Of a DNA stretch of 64,000 bases, positions 49,601 to 62,500 are shown piece after piece. This DNA is from the human T2T-CHM13v2.0 reference genome, Homo sapiens. The stretch lies in NCBI RefSeq assembly GCF_009914755.1, contig NC_060930.1; one strand, written 5' to 3'. The stretch's first letter is position 1. The number at the start of each line of letters is the position of its first letter. The position numbers were made by a program, and so were the translations under genes. Under the pieces are notes generated by a model. It made no database searches. It was given only the letters and a program-made list of their open reading frames with translations, and was not told the DNA's origin.

Positions 49601-51620
49601 TAACTGAACCTGCTGGAGTTGGGGGAGTGTGTATTTCCAGCTATTGCCCAGAATCCTGAATTCTGAGCTGGTTCTGAATTCTAATGTGACCATTACAGAC
49701 AGAACATGGCGGCTAGAAGAGATTAAGAGCTCATGAGAACAGACCCAGTAAAAAAGACGATGGGAAGAGAGTGTTGTTGTTTTGTATGGTCTTTATTTCT
49801 TTGGCATATGTGGTAAATAAAAATAAGAACTAAGCAGTATATATTGGAGAAAATGAGTATTTTTTGTCACTGAAAACATTTAATAGACAACTAACAGAGA
49901 TGAGCAGAGATGAGTTAAATTATAAAATTAAGAGAGTAAAAAATGATTACGTATATTTCAAAGTTTTAATCCTTTTGTATATTTATTGTTTCCCACGTTG
50001 AAAACTATATATAGCAAGTTATGGCCCTTCTAAATTTTTCCACCACGAAGAAGTATAATGAGCAGAAATGAAGAAGACTGAGGAGATAACCTATTTTTTA
50101 GTCTAATTCACTAGTTACTGTTTTTCAATTTACCCTATTTTTCTCCTTCAACCTTTTTAAGGCTACAGTTTCTGTTACTTTTCTGTTTTATTTCACTAAT
50201 TTTTTTAAATTTTTTTCTTATTTAAGAAAGCACTTAACCACTTTTTCTATCTCAGATATTCTAAAATGTAATTTCATTAATTTTATTAATCATAGAATTT
50301 CTGTAACTAATATTTAATATTGTGTTTGACAAGAGGTTATAGGGTATTTTTATTTTTGTAGCTATTAATTTATTGACATTTTGCCTTGTGGGCCATATAT
50401 TTTGTTTGCTTTCTTCAGATAATTGGCAGCCTGAAAGGTATAATATAATCCAATACAAACCTAACTAGCTAATAGAATTTGATAATTCAAAGAATAAAGA
50501 CGATGAATAATTTAGAAATTAGAGGTGAGGAAAAATGAGAAAAAATTGGAGATGACATAATGTTTCCAAAATTTGGTCAAAATTATGGCAAGAGAAGAAA
50601 AATGAGTCCAAATGGGAGAAGAGGTACTTGAAAGAAGAAAGAAGAAAAAGTAGGAACTTGATGTTCTAGTGGTCAAAATGCTTTCTTGGGTAATTCCTAG
50701 AAAATATGCCTAGGAGCAAAATGGACACTAATTACCTACTTACTGGTTCTATACCAGTGCAAAACATTCATTCCTCACCAAACCCAAAAGACCAATAATC
50801 AAAACTACCATAATGGTCCTAGTCCTGTCTACATCTGAAGGTGAAAAGAAGTGTATTCTCCTCATTTTTCAGATGAGTCAACCATAACCTTTGAAGAGTG
50901 CCTGGGACATAATGATTGCTTCAGAATAGATTTATAAATGAATGAGTAGTTAAACCAAGGTCAAACAGCTGGTATCAGGAGAAGAATTAGGGGTAAGTGA
51001 TCCTTGTCTCCTGCCTCTTTATGCCTTAGTCTTTTCAATACACCATATTCACCTATGATTTTCATTATTTCAGGAAATATGACAGACTTAAACTTTCACT
51101 TTATTGAGTAGGTTATTGTTTTGTTTTTGCTTCTCCTAGTTTAAGAAAGAGAAATAGAAACAGCCAAACAAAACACTGGTAGGCATTGACAACAACAACC
51201 TTAAGGAAACATGCACTAAGAAGGATTGCAGAGGCATGAGGTGGTGAAGTCCAGGGAGTACAAATAATCTCATATGCATCTGACTACTGCACTCCAACAA
51301 TACACACAAGAGTTGAATATCACTCAGGTAGAATAATTTCATATGGTACAAAGATATAATATAGGTTATATATACAATACCATCTCTAGTGGTTTGATGG
51401 AAACTTTATGGAACACTCAGTTGAAAAAAAATTCAATAGTCATGCATGAGGTCCACAGGAAATGTATCAGATTGATTAAGAATGTCTGTTGTGGTTATGG
51501 ATAGTGATACAGCATTATGAATATCATAAATATTCAACTCTTTCTTATTATATTTTTTATTATCACTTTTACATTATTCAGTGAATTAACTTGCCTGACA
51601 GAAGACTAGGGCATAGTTAA

Positions 51621-51658
<38 letters not shown>

Positions 51659-51727
51659 AACATATATATATATATGCAACATATATATTCAACAAATATA
51701 TGGATATTCAACAAATATATGGATATA
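51621..51727. repeat. (CT)n(AT)n microsatellite with atattcaac-type short repeats
   Basis: Directly visible. Confidence 0.85.
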
Positions 51728-52241
51728 TTTTTGTTAAAATAAGCACTTCACTAATAGAAAGGGCTATATAGATATTTGATGAATTATATATAATGATTAA
51801 AGATTCTTGATGTATACTGACAGGAAGATATATTAGAAAAAATAAGAGAATGTCATTCCATGGCATCACTCACTGCATAGTCTATCACCTGGAAGTGAAA
51901 AGGAAGAAAGAGAGATTTCTTTACCAAGGGAAAGATGATTGACATTGTCTTCCATACCAATAGTCAGGTGAAAAATGCCTTTTAATTGCAATATTTTAGA
52001 AAAGTTCAATTCAGTCTACATTTTGAAAATTTGGGGGATGAAGTCAATTAAAAAGTACAAGAGAACTAGCTTAAACTTGTGGTTGATGCGGTTGCACCAC
52101 TCAGTGACATGTGGGACAGATTCCTGGATGAAAGAAACCATCACCCAAGTTTAGAATTCACTGGATCCTGTGGCTTTTGAGATTTGAACCTAACCTGAAC
52201 TTTTTGGTGTGTTGTATTTTCCTTTTGTTTCCTGGCAAGAG

Positions 52242-52244
<3 letters not shown>

Positions 52245-52300
<56 letters not shown>
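52245..52300. repeat. (GT)28 microsatellite
   Basis: Perfect dinucleotide run. Confidence 0.97.
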
Positions 52301-52303
<3 letters not shown>

Positions 52304-53094
52304 TGTATTTGTACTCATTCTACAGTTGGTAAAAATTATTGTAAAGCCAACTGGGAAATAGGTTTTTGAATACACTTTGATGAGTTAACCATAAATAAAT
52401 TAATATCAAGAGGATTAAATTTCCATTAAAATATATAAATATTTAAAAATTGAAGGGAAAGATACCTAGAAAAACATAATTTAGGTTTTACCCAAACCAG
52501 AACATTTGTAAAAATAGCTAAAAATACTAGATGATCTCAAATTGTGGTCTAGCTCAAAACCTTAAGTTACATTGTTTTCCAATATTCAGATTCCCTATGA
52601 TCCCCAAGCAATATTAGGTAAAACTATTGCTCCTCAGGGAAGAGAATTTCAAATCTCTGATTTTGGTCTCCCACTCATTCATCAGGCCTCATTGGGACCT
52701 GTCCTTGGTTGGATAACATATAGGGCCACCATGCAAGTTCTAAGAGCCACCTGGGAGAAATAATTAAAATCATGTGGCTAAGCTCTTCAAAACATATAGA
52801 AAAATTGATATGCCTGTCCCTGTGGGAGGAAAAGAAATCCACAAGAATAATGATCTTAATGGTGCCTTGGTGTTGCTTGACTTTCAGTGTATACTCTGTA
52901 GTGCAGCCAAATCTCCTGATCCGAAGGATTGTAGTGTTGGCTAGCAGAAAAGTAAAATAAATGTATGAGATATGAGACATTGTTTGCATGTGATTTTGTG
53001 AGAATATCATCTTTTTAAGTAGTATGTCTTTTGTTAATCTACTCAGTCTATTGTGTCACTTTATATTTTTTAAAAGATAGCATTTTAGTTTAAC

Positions 53095-53295
53095 ATGCTA
53101 GAGTAGAAAGGACATGGGATTTGGAATTAGACAGATCTGACTCTGTCCTTGAATAGCTGAGTGAATTGGGGCAAGCATCGTACCTGGCACACTGTAAGGG
53201 GATGTTAATTCTACCTCGTAATGTTACAGTTGTGAGAGTTTGAGATTTTATATAATCTGGTATAATGTAGGTGGTCAATAAATGCTAGTTATTAC
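53095..53295 (+). mobile_element. MIR
   Basis: gagtagaaaggacatgggatttggaattagacagatctg...tggtcaataaatgctag. Confidence 0.65.
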
Positions 53296-54048
53296 TTTTT
53301 ATTTTTTTATCTTATAGCTTCAGAACTTTTATGTGAGAGAAAAATATATTTTAAAAGAAATAAAATTTCCTCATGACTGTCAGCATTTCTTTAATTTTCA
53401 TACAGTGGGCCAGATCACTAGGCATTTGATACAAAGGACATCAGAATAGAACCTCTCCTCCCTACTGAAGGATCTTAAAAAACTGTGACAAATTAGAAAG
53501 CAAATTAAGCTTCATCGTAAAAGAAATAGAAACTAGGATCTCATATTTAGAATGATTCCTTGCCAGTGTTTGGGTTATGCCAGCATTCAACACTGTTCTT
53601 TGGTTCTGTTGTAACATCCAGCTGTTATGATAACTCTGAAATAAGTAGTGAATTTCCATTTTTGCAGTTTAACTTTTGAACTTTATAACCATTAAATGGG
53701 AAGCAATATTCTGGAATCTATAGTTTGGTTTAGCAAAGAAGAAATGTTTTCTGTTCTCTGCAGGCCTCACTTAGACCTGGATATTGCTGATTGTCCTGAA
53801 ATATGTATATTCATTCAAGAAGCCTAGGGTAATACTCCTACAGGCTTAGAGGATGCCTGATATTACAGAGCTTTCAGGAAGTCATCATATCTATATATAT
53901 TATTAGTCAGTTTTATACTAACTTGGGCACTTGGAAGGTACATATTTGCTTGCCTATTTTCTTTTCTGGTATTTCGGGTCCTAACAAAAGAGCACCAGTG
54001 ACTACTTATCTTTACTGTAAATTTATCTTTTACACCATATTGTGTGTA

Positions 54049-54164
54049 CATCCTTACTGTGAAGCCATTAAACAATAGATTTGTCTAATTCTGCTTGCTC
54101 ATATCCATGCTCACCAAGCAAGTGTGTCTAATAAAGGTGTGCAAAATGTTATACTGCCATTAAA
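54049..54164 (+). repeat. 116-bp local direct duplication, copy 1 (abuts the truncated MLT2 end)
   Basis: Matches 55076-55192 with 3 substitutions and 1 indel. Confidence 0.95.
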
Positions 54165-54545
54165 GGAGCATTGATTCACATGACCACAAGGTGAGGTCCC
54201 AAAATAGGCCATCTGCAAGCTGAGGAGCAAGGAAGGCAGTCCGAGTGCCAAAGCTAAAGAACTTGGAGTTCGATGTTTGAGGGCAGGAAGCACCCAGCAC
54301 AGAACAAAGATGTAGGCCAGAAGACTAAACCAGTCTAGTCTTTCCATGTTCTTCTGCTGGCTTTTATTCTAGCCATGCTGGCAGCCGATTAGATTGTGCC
54401 TATCCTGATTGAGAGTGGGTCTGCCTTCCCCAGTCCACTGACTAAAATGTTAATCTCCTTTGGCAACACCCTCACAGACACACCCAGGAACAATACTTGG
54501 CATCCTTCAATCCAATCAAGTTGACACTCAATACTAACCATGACA
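54160..54545 (-). mobile_element. MLT2A-type (HERV-L) LTR with its 3' terminus missing
   Basis: Antisense of ...atggttagtattgagtgtcaacttgattggattgaaggatgcc...; ccttgctcctcagcttgcagatggcctatt. Confidence 0.9.
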
Positions 54546-55075
54546 CCTCTCATCAGATTATAGCCTGATTTATACGAGACTTCTACCTGACTTTTCTCTT
54601 TTCTCACTCATCTTATCAATTTGTGTCTGCCATAATCATAACTATAATAATTCCTGTAAGTGCCTACAATAGTTCCTTATTGTCTACTACTATAAAACTT
54701 TGGGATTTAATTAAAAGATCTCCAAGAATTTGGAATTAAATTTTTAGAAATGCATCTGAGTTAAACTATAAAATCAGGTGAATATAGGTGAGGTGTGTCA
54801 GCTGAAATGAGTTCCTGGTAACCCATTTGAAAATGCTCATGTATCTTGTCAAAGACTGAGACTCTCAGAAAGAGGAATTTGTCACTCCTAGACACACAGA
54901 GAAGAGATGAGTATCAAATGTATCTGTTGGCAACATCTATCCAAAGATAATCCAAGGAAAGGGAAATTGTTCGTCCAACCTGGAATATTTCAATTTCTAA
55001 TGACAGAGATATTGCTAGAGTGCAAATAAATATGGGAAGTTGTAATCAGTGGGTTTTAGATCACACTGCCAATAC

Positions 55076-55192
55076 CATCCTTATTGTGAAGCCATTAAAC
55101 AATAGATTTGTCTAATTCTGCTTGCTTATGTCCATGCTCACCAAGCAAGTGTGTCTAATAAAGGTGTGCAAGAATGTTATACTGCCATTAAA
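55076..55192 (+). repeat. 116-bp local direct duplication, copy 2
   Basis: Matches 54049-54164. Confidence 0.95.
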
Positions 55193-55630
55193 CCTTTCTT
55201 GTCCCTGTAACAAAAGTTGCTTCTGGAAATTCAGTAAAACTGTGTCTGATTACTATTTAGCTTCCTGGTTTAGTTATTTTTGTTTGATTACATTCCTAAG
55301 AGTACCCCAGATTTACTCAGGCATCTATTCTCTTTCTTGTGATCATAGGCTTCTTAGAGGCTGGAAGCAGCCTCCAAGCAGGGGTGAATCCTTATTTGTC
55401 TACACTGATCAATGATTCCCATTTTCTGTGCCAGCAACTTGTCTAGGCCAGAAACAGTTCTAACCTGTGAGATATAAAGGCAGTTAACTGGTGGATCGCA
55501 GGAAAGATTCCTCAACCCTTCATTTGGTGCAAATGAAAGCATGCCTTCTACTTCTTAAAGGCTTTGTCTTCTGTATGATACTTCAGAGTTCTGCAATGAC
55601 CCCACAAGGGGAGCTAGCTGAGTATCAGGC

Positions 55631-55665
<35 letters not shown>

Positions 55666-55676
55666 AGAGAGAGAAA
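55631..55676. repeat. (AG)n microsatellite
   Basis: Directly visible. Confidence 0.9.
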
Positions 55677-55794
55677 GAAACTGTGGCCTTGATGACACTA
55701 TCATCCCCTGAATTAATTAGCTCTGGACTTGCTCTACCTCTATGCTAAAGCATAAAACATGAATTAAGACTTAGGTTTGAACTATCTCAGTTTA

Positions 55795-56000
55795 AGGCAG
55801 TATAGTATTGAGTTAAGAGCATGGGCTCAAGAACCAACTGTCTTATTGTGAATCCTGGCTTTGCCAAATCCTCAATGCATGAATGTGGGGGAATTTAATA
55901 TTGTTGTGCCTCATTTTCCTTATGTTTGTCATATAAACTAAAAGTGTTAATACAAAGTAAAGAACTAAGAATTTTTATAAATTGTAAGCTTTTCATAAAT
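55795..56000 (+). mobile_element. MIR
   Basis: ggcagtatagtattgagttaagagcatgggctc...gaatcctggctttgcca...gtgcctcattttcctt. Confidence 0.65.
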
Positions 56001-57279
56001 ATTAGAGAAAAAATCTTATGGCGGAAAGCAATGTGATTGATACACTTCCAAGTAGTTGAACCACAGGGAGAAAATATAAGATTCCTGCCAACATGGATAT
56101 TCCAATTCTTCTATGTATTTCTTATTTTAAAAGAATAAGTTGGCATTTTGATATCAGCCACAGTTTTATGTGTATTAAAGCTAACATGGGTCATTCTCTC
56201 AAGGTCTGTTAACCCCTTGGCATTGGAAATAATGAGTTTTGAACCTTAGAAGTAGTGGACCAGATGATCCAACAGAGCTGCCATCATATTGTTGTTTCCA
56301 AATACCTCTCTGCAGACCTGTGCAGCCTGTGATGAGATGTTCTCCAGCCTCCAGTAAAATGAAAATGTAAGGAGTGAGTTTTTCACAAGCCAAATTTCTA
56401 CTTTAAAGGAACATCCTTTATTTTGAGATCATTTGCATACTCCATTTTTTGTTCCAGATTTTCTTAAATTTGCTTTAATTTATTAAAAGTTAAACTCCAA
56501 AGTCTTTCCATGGTCATTCCTGAACAATTACTATCCAGTGTGTTTCCTGAACTCCTTTTAGACAGGATTCCCAACTTTCCCCTGACCTAATTGAGCAGAA
56601 CCTTCACATCCTATCAAAGTCCCACCCCTCAAGTATTTCTTGGAGGCCCTGGGATGTATTTAACGATGCCATCCCCATTGAATCTTTGGTGCTGCACACC
56701 AAGCCTGAGAATTATTGTCCAGGTTCCACTCCCACTACCATGAGAGGGCTGCTCCTGTCTGTTCTCACAGATGCTGCAGTTTCCTGCTGGCCCCTCATTG
56801 GCATCCACCAATGTCAAGTTGGGAAAACTGCCCTCTCTTCTTCTTGTTTCTTTCCAAGATGGCCCAAAGCAGCCTTATTTCAGGCTCATGTCTTTCATTT
56901 GGGTTCAAATACAGCCTCTGTGGTAGACTCACATGTTTACTCTCCTACTGTGGTTGAAATGAGTAACTGTGTCAAGTTCACCAGGCTTAGCCTGCTCTCC
57001 CCAAGGGGAAATCCTTTCCAGGGAACTTATTCAGTACCTCGTGTTTAAAGACTTTGGTAAAACCACTCACCAGTACTACCTGCCAGTGTGTCTGAACTAG
57101 AGCAATAGATGGAATATGAATTTTTTCCCAGAGGGTACAAATATATTTCCATCAGGCCTGTATCATCAGCTTGACAAATATACCTTAAGCCCAGCCATTG
57201 GTAGAAGTCCATGCACAGCTCAAGCAGAATCATGGCTCTCATCATTTAGGAAGTTTTGGAAATGGAAATAGTACCTAAA

Positions 57280-57475
57280 GAGCTAGCCTCCGGTTCTTGT
57301 CAATTATCCTTAGGCAAATTACTTAATTTATCGAGACCTTAGTGACTTTATGTGTAAAATGGGGATAAAAATAGTACTTACCTCCCATGTAAAGTAGATA
57401 GGTTAGTATCTTATAAGGGTACATAATAGAGCATATACAATAAATCTTTACATATATGTCAGATATTATTATTAT
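57280..57475 (+). mobile_element. MIR
   Basis: ccttaggcaaattacttaattta...tgtaaaatggggataaaatagtacttacctc. Confidence 0.65.
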
Positions 57476-58860
57476 GAGTATTAACTCTGTAACACTGCCT
57501 CCTAAGGTGGAAGCATATGAATATTCTTAATTGACTTGGGCTAGTGCATTCTGACAACACTTCTTTTAAAGACATACATAATGCCTTGGAAAAGAAAATT
57601 AATTAATGATGTTATATTACTATATTTACTTTAAACCTTATTCTGAAAGGTTTTTAAATACTCACAGAAGATATCTTGGAATATAATATACACATATATA
57701 TCAATTAACTACTATAATGTCTTATTACTAGATGCATAAAATTGATAATAGCATTACATCAGACTGTGGAATATATAAGCTAATAGAAAGGAAAATTTTC
57801 TTAATACTACAGATTATCCTTACCCTTCTTGCTTATTTCCCTAGCAAGTGGCAGGGAAGTTCAAATGACTGCTCACATTGTATCTTTAGTTCAAGTCACG
57901 GCTCAACCTCACAGAGGTACAGCTGACAATTGCAGATGTTCATTAGTCATGGAACCATGGAGACAGACCCCACTGATCAGTTTGTAAGCTGTGGGCAGAT
58001 CATGAAATTGTCTTGCCGCCATACAGATAAACAAAACATATGTGCTATTAGTTTAGAGCTGAAGATAGAATTTGCATGTGAACTTAAAAATCAAATGAGA
58101 AGCTACATAAACTGTAAAATTTTAGAGAGAGAGAAAAATATAATACAAACTTTGAGGACATAAATAAAGGTAAGTCGTAATGTAGAAGAGAGCCTCATGC
58201 TGGCTGAAATTATGTCTAGCATTTTACACTAGTGGATTGGACTGGCCAAAGGCTTGAAACCTTGTGGATTTGTGGCTCTTCAGATATGCTTCTGTATTGG
58301 AATGTGTTTGTGTTTGCCTTTATTTGTTTTTAATTAAAAAAAAAATCTTGAAGAAAGAGTTTCTGCCTTGGTAGATTTTCTTTGGAAACTCAGAAAGGGC
58401 TCTTGAGGGCTCTGTGGCTCTTTTGTGATGATAAACCAAAGCTTTGAGCTTGTCCCAGTTGGAATTCCAGACACTAAAGAAGCAAACTTTAATTATTATT
58501 ATTGTTTTCTACAGAGCTGAGCCCCTTTCTGATTATTCAGGTTGATACTAATAGTCTTCTAAACATATTGCTTTTTTTTTTTCCAGCTAAACTAGGACTA
58601 CAAAGCAAAGCAGGAGAAACTTCACAATAAGGTTTCAGAGGTGCCAACTTTTTGAGTCTCCATGGAATATACCTGTGGTGTGGGAAATGTTATTGGGAGG
58701 GAAATATTAATAAAAGCAGGGCCTGCAGTGAAAAACAAATTTCTCAAACTTGTAGAAGAGATTGTTACCTGGGAAAGATGGTAGCTGAGATAAACTTGGA
58801 TTCTGTGAATGAATAAGTTTACCGCAATATCTGAATCTCTAAACCAATACATTAATTGAT

Positions 58861-59175
58861 AATCATAGAATCTTAGAGTTTTAAGGAAACTTACAGATTT
58901 TCAAATCGAATCTTAATCTTCTGCAAGAACTAGCTGCACTATGTCTCCAATAGATTACTCAGTTTCTACTTAATCATACAATCTAGCAGAAATGTCACTA
59001 TCATACAAGACAGCCCTTTCCAATTTTGAGCAACTCTGAAAGGAAGTCTAGCCTCACACTGGGCCAAAAGCTATTTCCTTTTTAACTTTGATCCACTATT
59101 CATAGTTCTATCCTCTGAAGTTACTTTTTCTTTCATGTAATACCTGTCAATTATTGAATGTAGTTATTATTTCGC
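58861..59175 (-). mobile_element. L3/CR1 3' end
   Basis: aatcatagaatcttagag...gacagccctttccaattttgagcaactctga...catagttctatcctctg. Confidence 0.65.
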
Positions 59176-59244
59176 TTATTCCCTAAATTCTTCCCATGTC
59201 AAGACTTCTAACCTCCTGCAACCATTTCTCTCCTTTAAATTAAA

Positions 59245-59590
59245 TTCAGTCAAATTAACATTAATTGAATGTAACCATGGGCCACACTCTGTGGAAGAAT
59301 CTCAGAATACAAAAATGATCTACAGTCTGTAGTCTTGAGAAGTCACAACTGGGACAGGGAGACTGAGAGACATACAATCTTATCACTGCAATACATTCTA
59401 ACAAATGTGAAAAAGAGGCTTGCATAAGCTGGAGGTGGCCTGGAGTGATTAGATCTGCCGAGGGAAGCTGGGAAATCCATGTCTAAACAATAGCATTTTC
59501 TCACATGAAAAATTAAGGAAAGGCATTTCAGGTAAATCAAAGTATGTGTGTAAGACATTGCTGTGTGTAAAGCAAGTTGTGTTAGGAGAA
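59245..59590 (-). mobile_element. L2 fragment
   Basis: aattcagtcaaattaacattaattgaatgtaaccatgggccacactctgtg...cttgagaagtcacaact. Confidence 0.5.
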
Positions 59591-62500
59591 TGGGGCACAC
59601 ATACAGTATTTTAAAATTTTCAATATGAAGCTTCACTGGACCCAGACATTTTATTTACATAATCAACTAGGGGCTTTTTTTCCAATCTTCTAACCTGTCT
59701 TGAATTTCTATTTCCTTTTTAAAATGCTTATTTTTCCTTTTCTAGTGTAAGAATAACCTTATTTTACAGGGGAGAGAGAGTGACATAAAAATTAAGGATT
59801 TGGGTGATCTCACAATATTCTTGAACACCAGACCCTCCTATGCAAATCAACTGGTCTGTTTCTCTCTTGTCTTGATTCTTGCACCCCAAATAACTTTAAA
59901 GTACTTTCATTCTTCAGATTCTTAGCTCATCACAGGCTTTATCCTTACCAACACGATTCCAGTCCCACTCTTCCATTTGTCAGTGACCGTTTACCCTCCC
60001 TGTGTTTCTTATTTTTATTAATTTAAAATATTCCCTGAGAGAGTTATCAGTGCTTTTTAAGTGCATTACAATAGTTAATTATTTAACAATTATTAATCGT
60101 TGTTTCAAGAGCTTTAGATACATTATTTCGTTCAATCTTTACAATAGGCTTATAAAATGATTATTACTATTTTTCACAATTTACAGATGAAGAAATAAAT
60201 TCTGAGAAGATACACAATTTAGCTACAAAACTTCATTTTAGTACTGGCTTTTTAAAATCTACATTGTACCTGCAAAACTGTGACTTTTAAATCCTTCCCA
60301 TTTTTTACATCTTGGCCTTATTCATAATTGAAAGTGAGAAAATGTCATTTTTATTTCCTGCTAATGTTTTTTTCTATCCTAGAGTATATAACCATATGAG
60401 CAATCTTCTTTTTGAACATTTTGAAATCCCATTTTTGTTTTAGCCAAGCACTCATTGAACACCCCCAGAATGACCTCATGTGCAGATGCTCTACTGAGGT
60501 TCATAGCTGAGCCCAATAATTAAGAAATTAAACTGGGGCTCCTTTGGACGATTACTGCAATTCAAATGACTTATTTCTTGGAATTCATGGTTCTCATTTA
60601 TACATAATTGCTTATTTTAAGTCATATGGCCAAATCAAGAATGATAGAGTAAGTACCAGAATTTAAACTTAAAATTACAAAATTAGAAAATTACAGGAAT
60701 AAACATGAAGCACCTTCATTAATTCCTGAAATCTGGTATTTTGTGTACCTTTTGCTGATCTCCCAACTTTCCAGACTCCCAGGCCCTCATCCAACCCAGG
60801 GATGCCCATTGGGTAGCCACAGATATTACCATCTGTTAAGCTTTTAAATACCTCTGCCATTACTTTAGACCTAAAAATAACTCGGGCTTGGGATCATCGC
60901 AAACATTTGTTGGCAGATGCTAAAAATACAAATGGGAAATTCTGCTATATTAGCTTTTATAAGATGTAAAAAATGTGTTTTGTCAAACCAAAAGACATAC
61001 TTAGGAGACTTGTGGGTAAGAAGGATGGCAACTTATTGGAAGACAACAAGGGGAAATTGAGCTGGAAGAGGAACAAACAGAAGTGAAGTTGGGGACTTTG
61101 TTAAAGGAAAGTACACTTGTTATTAGTCTGCACGATATAATTCTTTTTGAAGGAAAGTAAGCTTACAAAAGCAGGGCAGTGTCTGTCCTGCTTTTGTTCC
61201 TGAGAACATGAGAAAAAAAATGAGAACATACACATTCTATCAAATGATCAGTATATGAAGCAAATTATATCCTGTTAACAGGCAAAACTGGTACCATAGA
61301 GATGGTGATGGGTCTGAAAGAACACACAAGATGTATTAGAACAGATATGTACTTTTAAAATGATCTCCTATATAACTGATTTCCTTTTATAAAAGGAATC
61401 ACTGAGAACTGTTTCTGATCTTGTTCCTAATTTTATTTCTTCTAATGTGAAAATGCCTATCAGGCATTTCTTATTGAAAACTAAAATAATGTCCTTGCCA
61501 ATCCCAGAAGAGGAGAAAGGAATAACTCCTGGGGAGAAAGAAGGGGGAAGAAGAAGGTGTGAAGAGTGTTGAAGTAAAGGAATGCTGTTTTGGCATCTCA
61601 TCCATGTCGGTGACAGCAGGTGCCACAGAGGAAAAGACAACCAAATAAAGGGCAAGGAAACCAGGAGAGCAGACACAAAGGGGGAAACAGATCCCTCTGC
61701 CCTGTGCCTCATTAATCTTGTCAAAAATACTTGCTGCTGAGAAATGCTAATCTTCTCACTCCCCAGAGTAGCCTCCCTCACAAGAATGTTTTAAAGGCCT
61801 GGTATATCTAATGACTGAGCCATTTAATAAATTACTTACTTACGTTACTATAAAAGCTAGTCCAGCAGCTGTAACCTACATGTAAAGCACTAAATCCTTT
61901 TACCTGATTTCTAAAGGTTTCTCTAAATCATATTTAGTGACAGGGTGAGGTACACAGGAATCAGGATTTAGTGGCAGGGCATACCTCATGCTGTTTCGAG
62001 TAGGTCAGGAGGTCTGACTTGGATTTCTTCCCAGTAACCTGATCTAGGTGAATCAGCAGGTTATAAATGAAAGTCAGTTTCTAAGATCTCCTGACTTTCT
62101 TCAACTATCAGGAACTTTATAGGAACCTGGTGAGAAACAGGAAAAGACCAAGAGATAATAAATAACATTGACCAATATTATGGTATTGCAATTTCTCTTT
62201 CCTAATACAATGTAAAATGTAGTGCCATTTTTGGACAAGCTAATTATTTGTATAGATTCCTGAGTTTGTTATTTTTGTTAGCCTGAATAAATATCTAAAT
62301 GATTGGAAAATGTTTAAGAGCTGAAAGCCTTTTCTAGGTCACAAAGTATAACATTAGATAGTGGTTCTTCCAAGGGCAGGTTCTAATACTTTCATATGTT
62401 TCTATCACTCATTATATGAAAATTCCTCATTTTAAACCCTCACTTTAAATCACAGGAAGGAAGACAAGTTAGAAAAGGAGAACAAAGGAAACAAAATGTA

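Noticed and set aside
57045-57245. Minus-strand ORF containing ADDT, reminiscent of a LINE RT YADD/FADD motif
   Set aside because: No other RT motifs recognisable; could be chance or a very decayed LINE, not supportable without an HMM search
61368-61781. 137-aa minus-strand ORF (the longest outside repeats)
   Set aside because: Antisense of a purine-rich stretch, no ATG start, no domain similarity or exon structure
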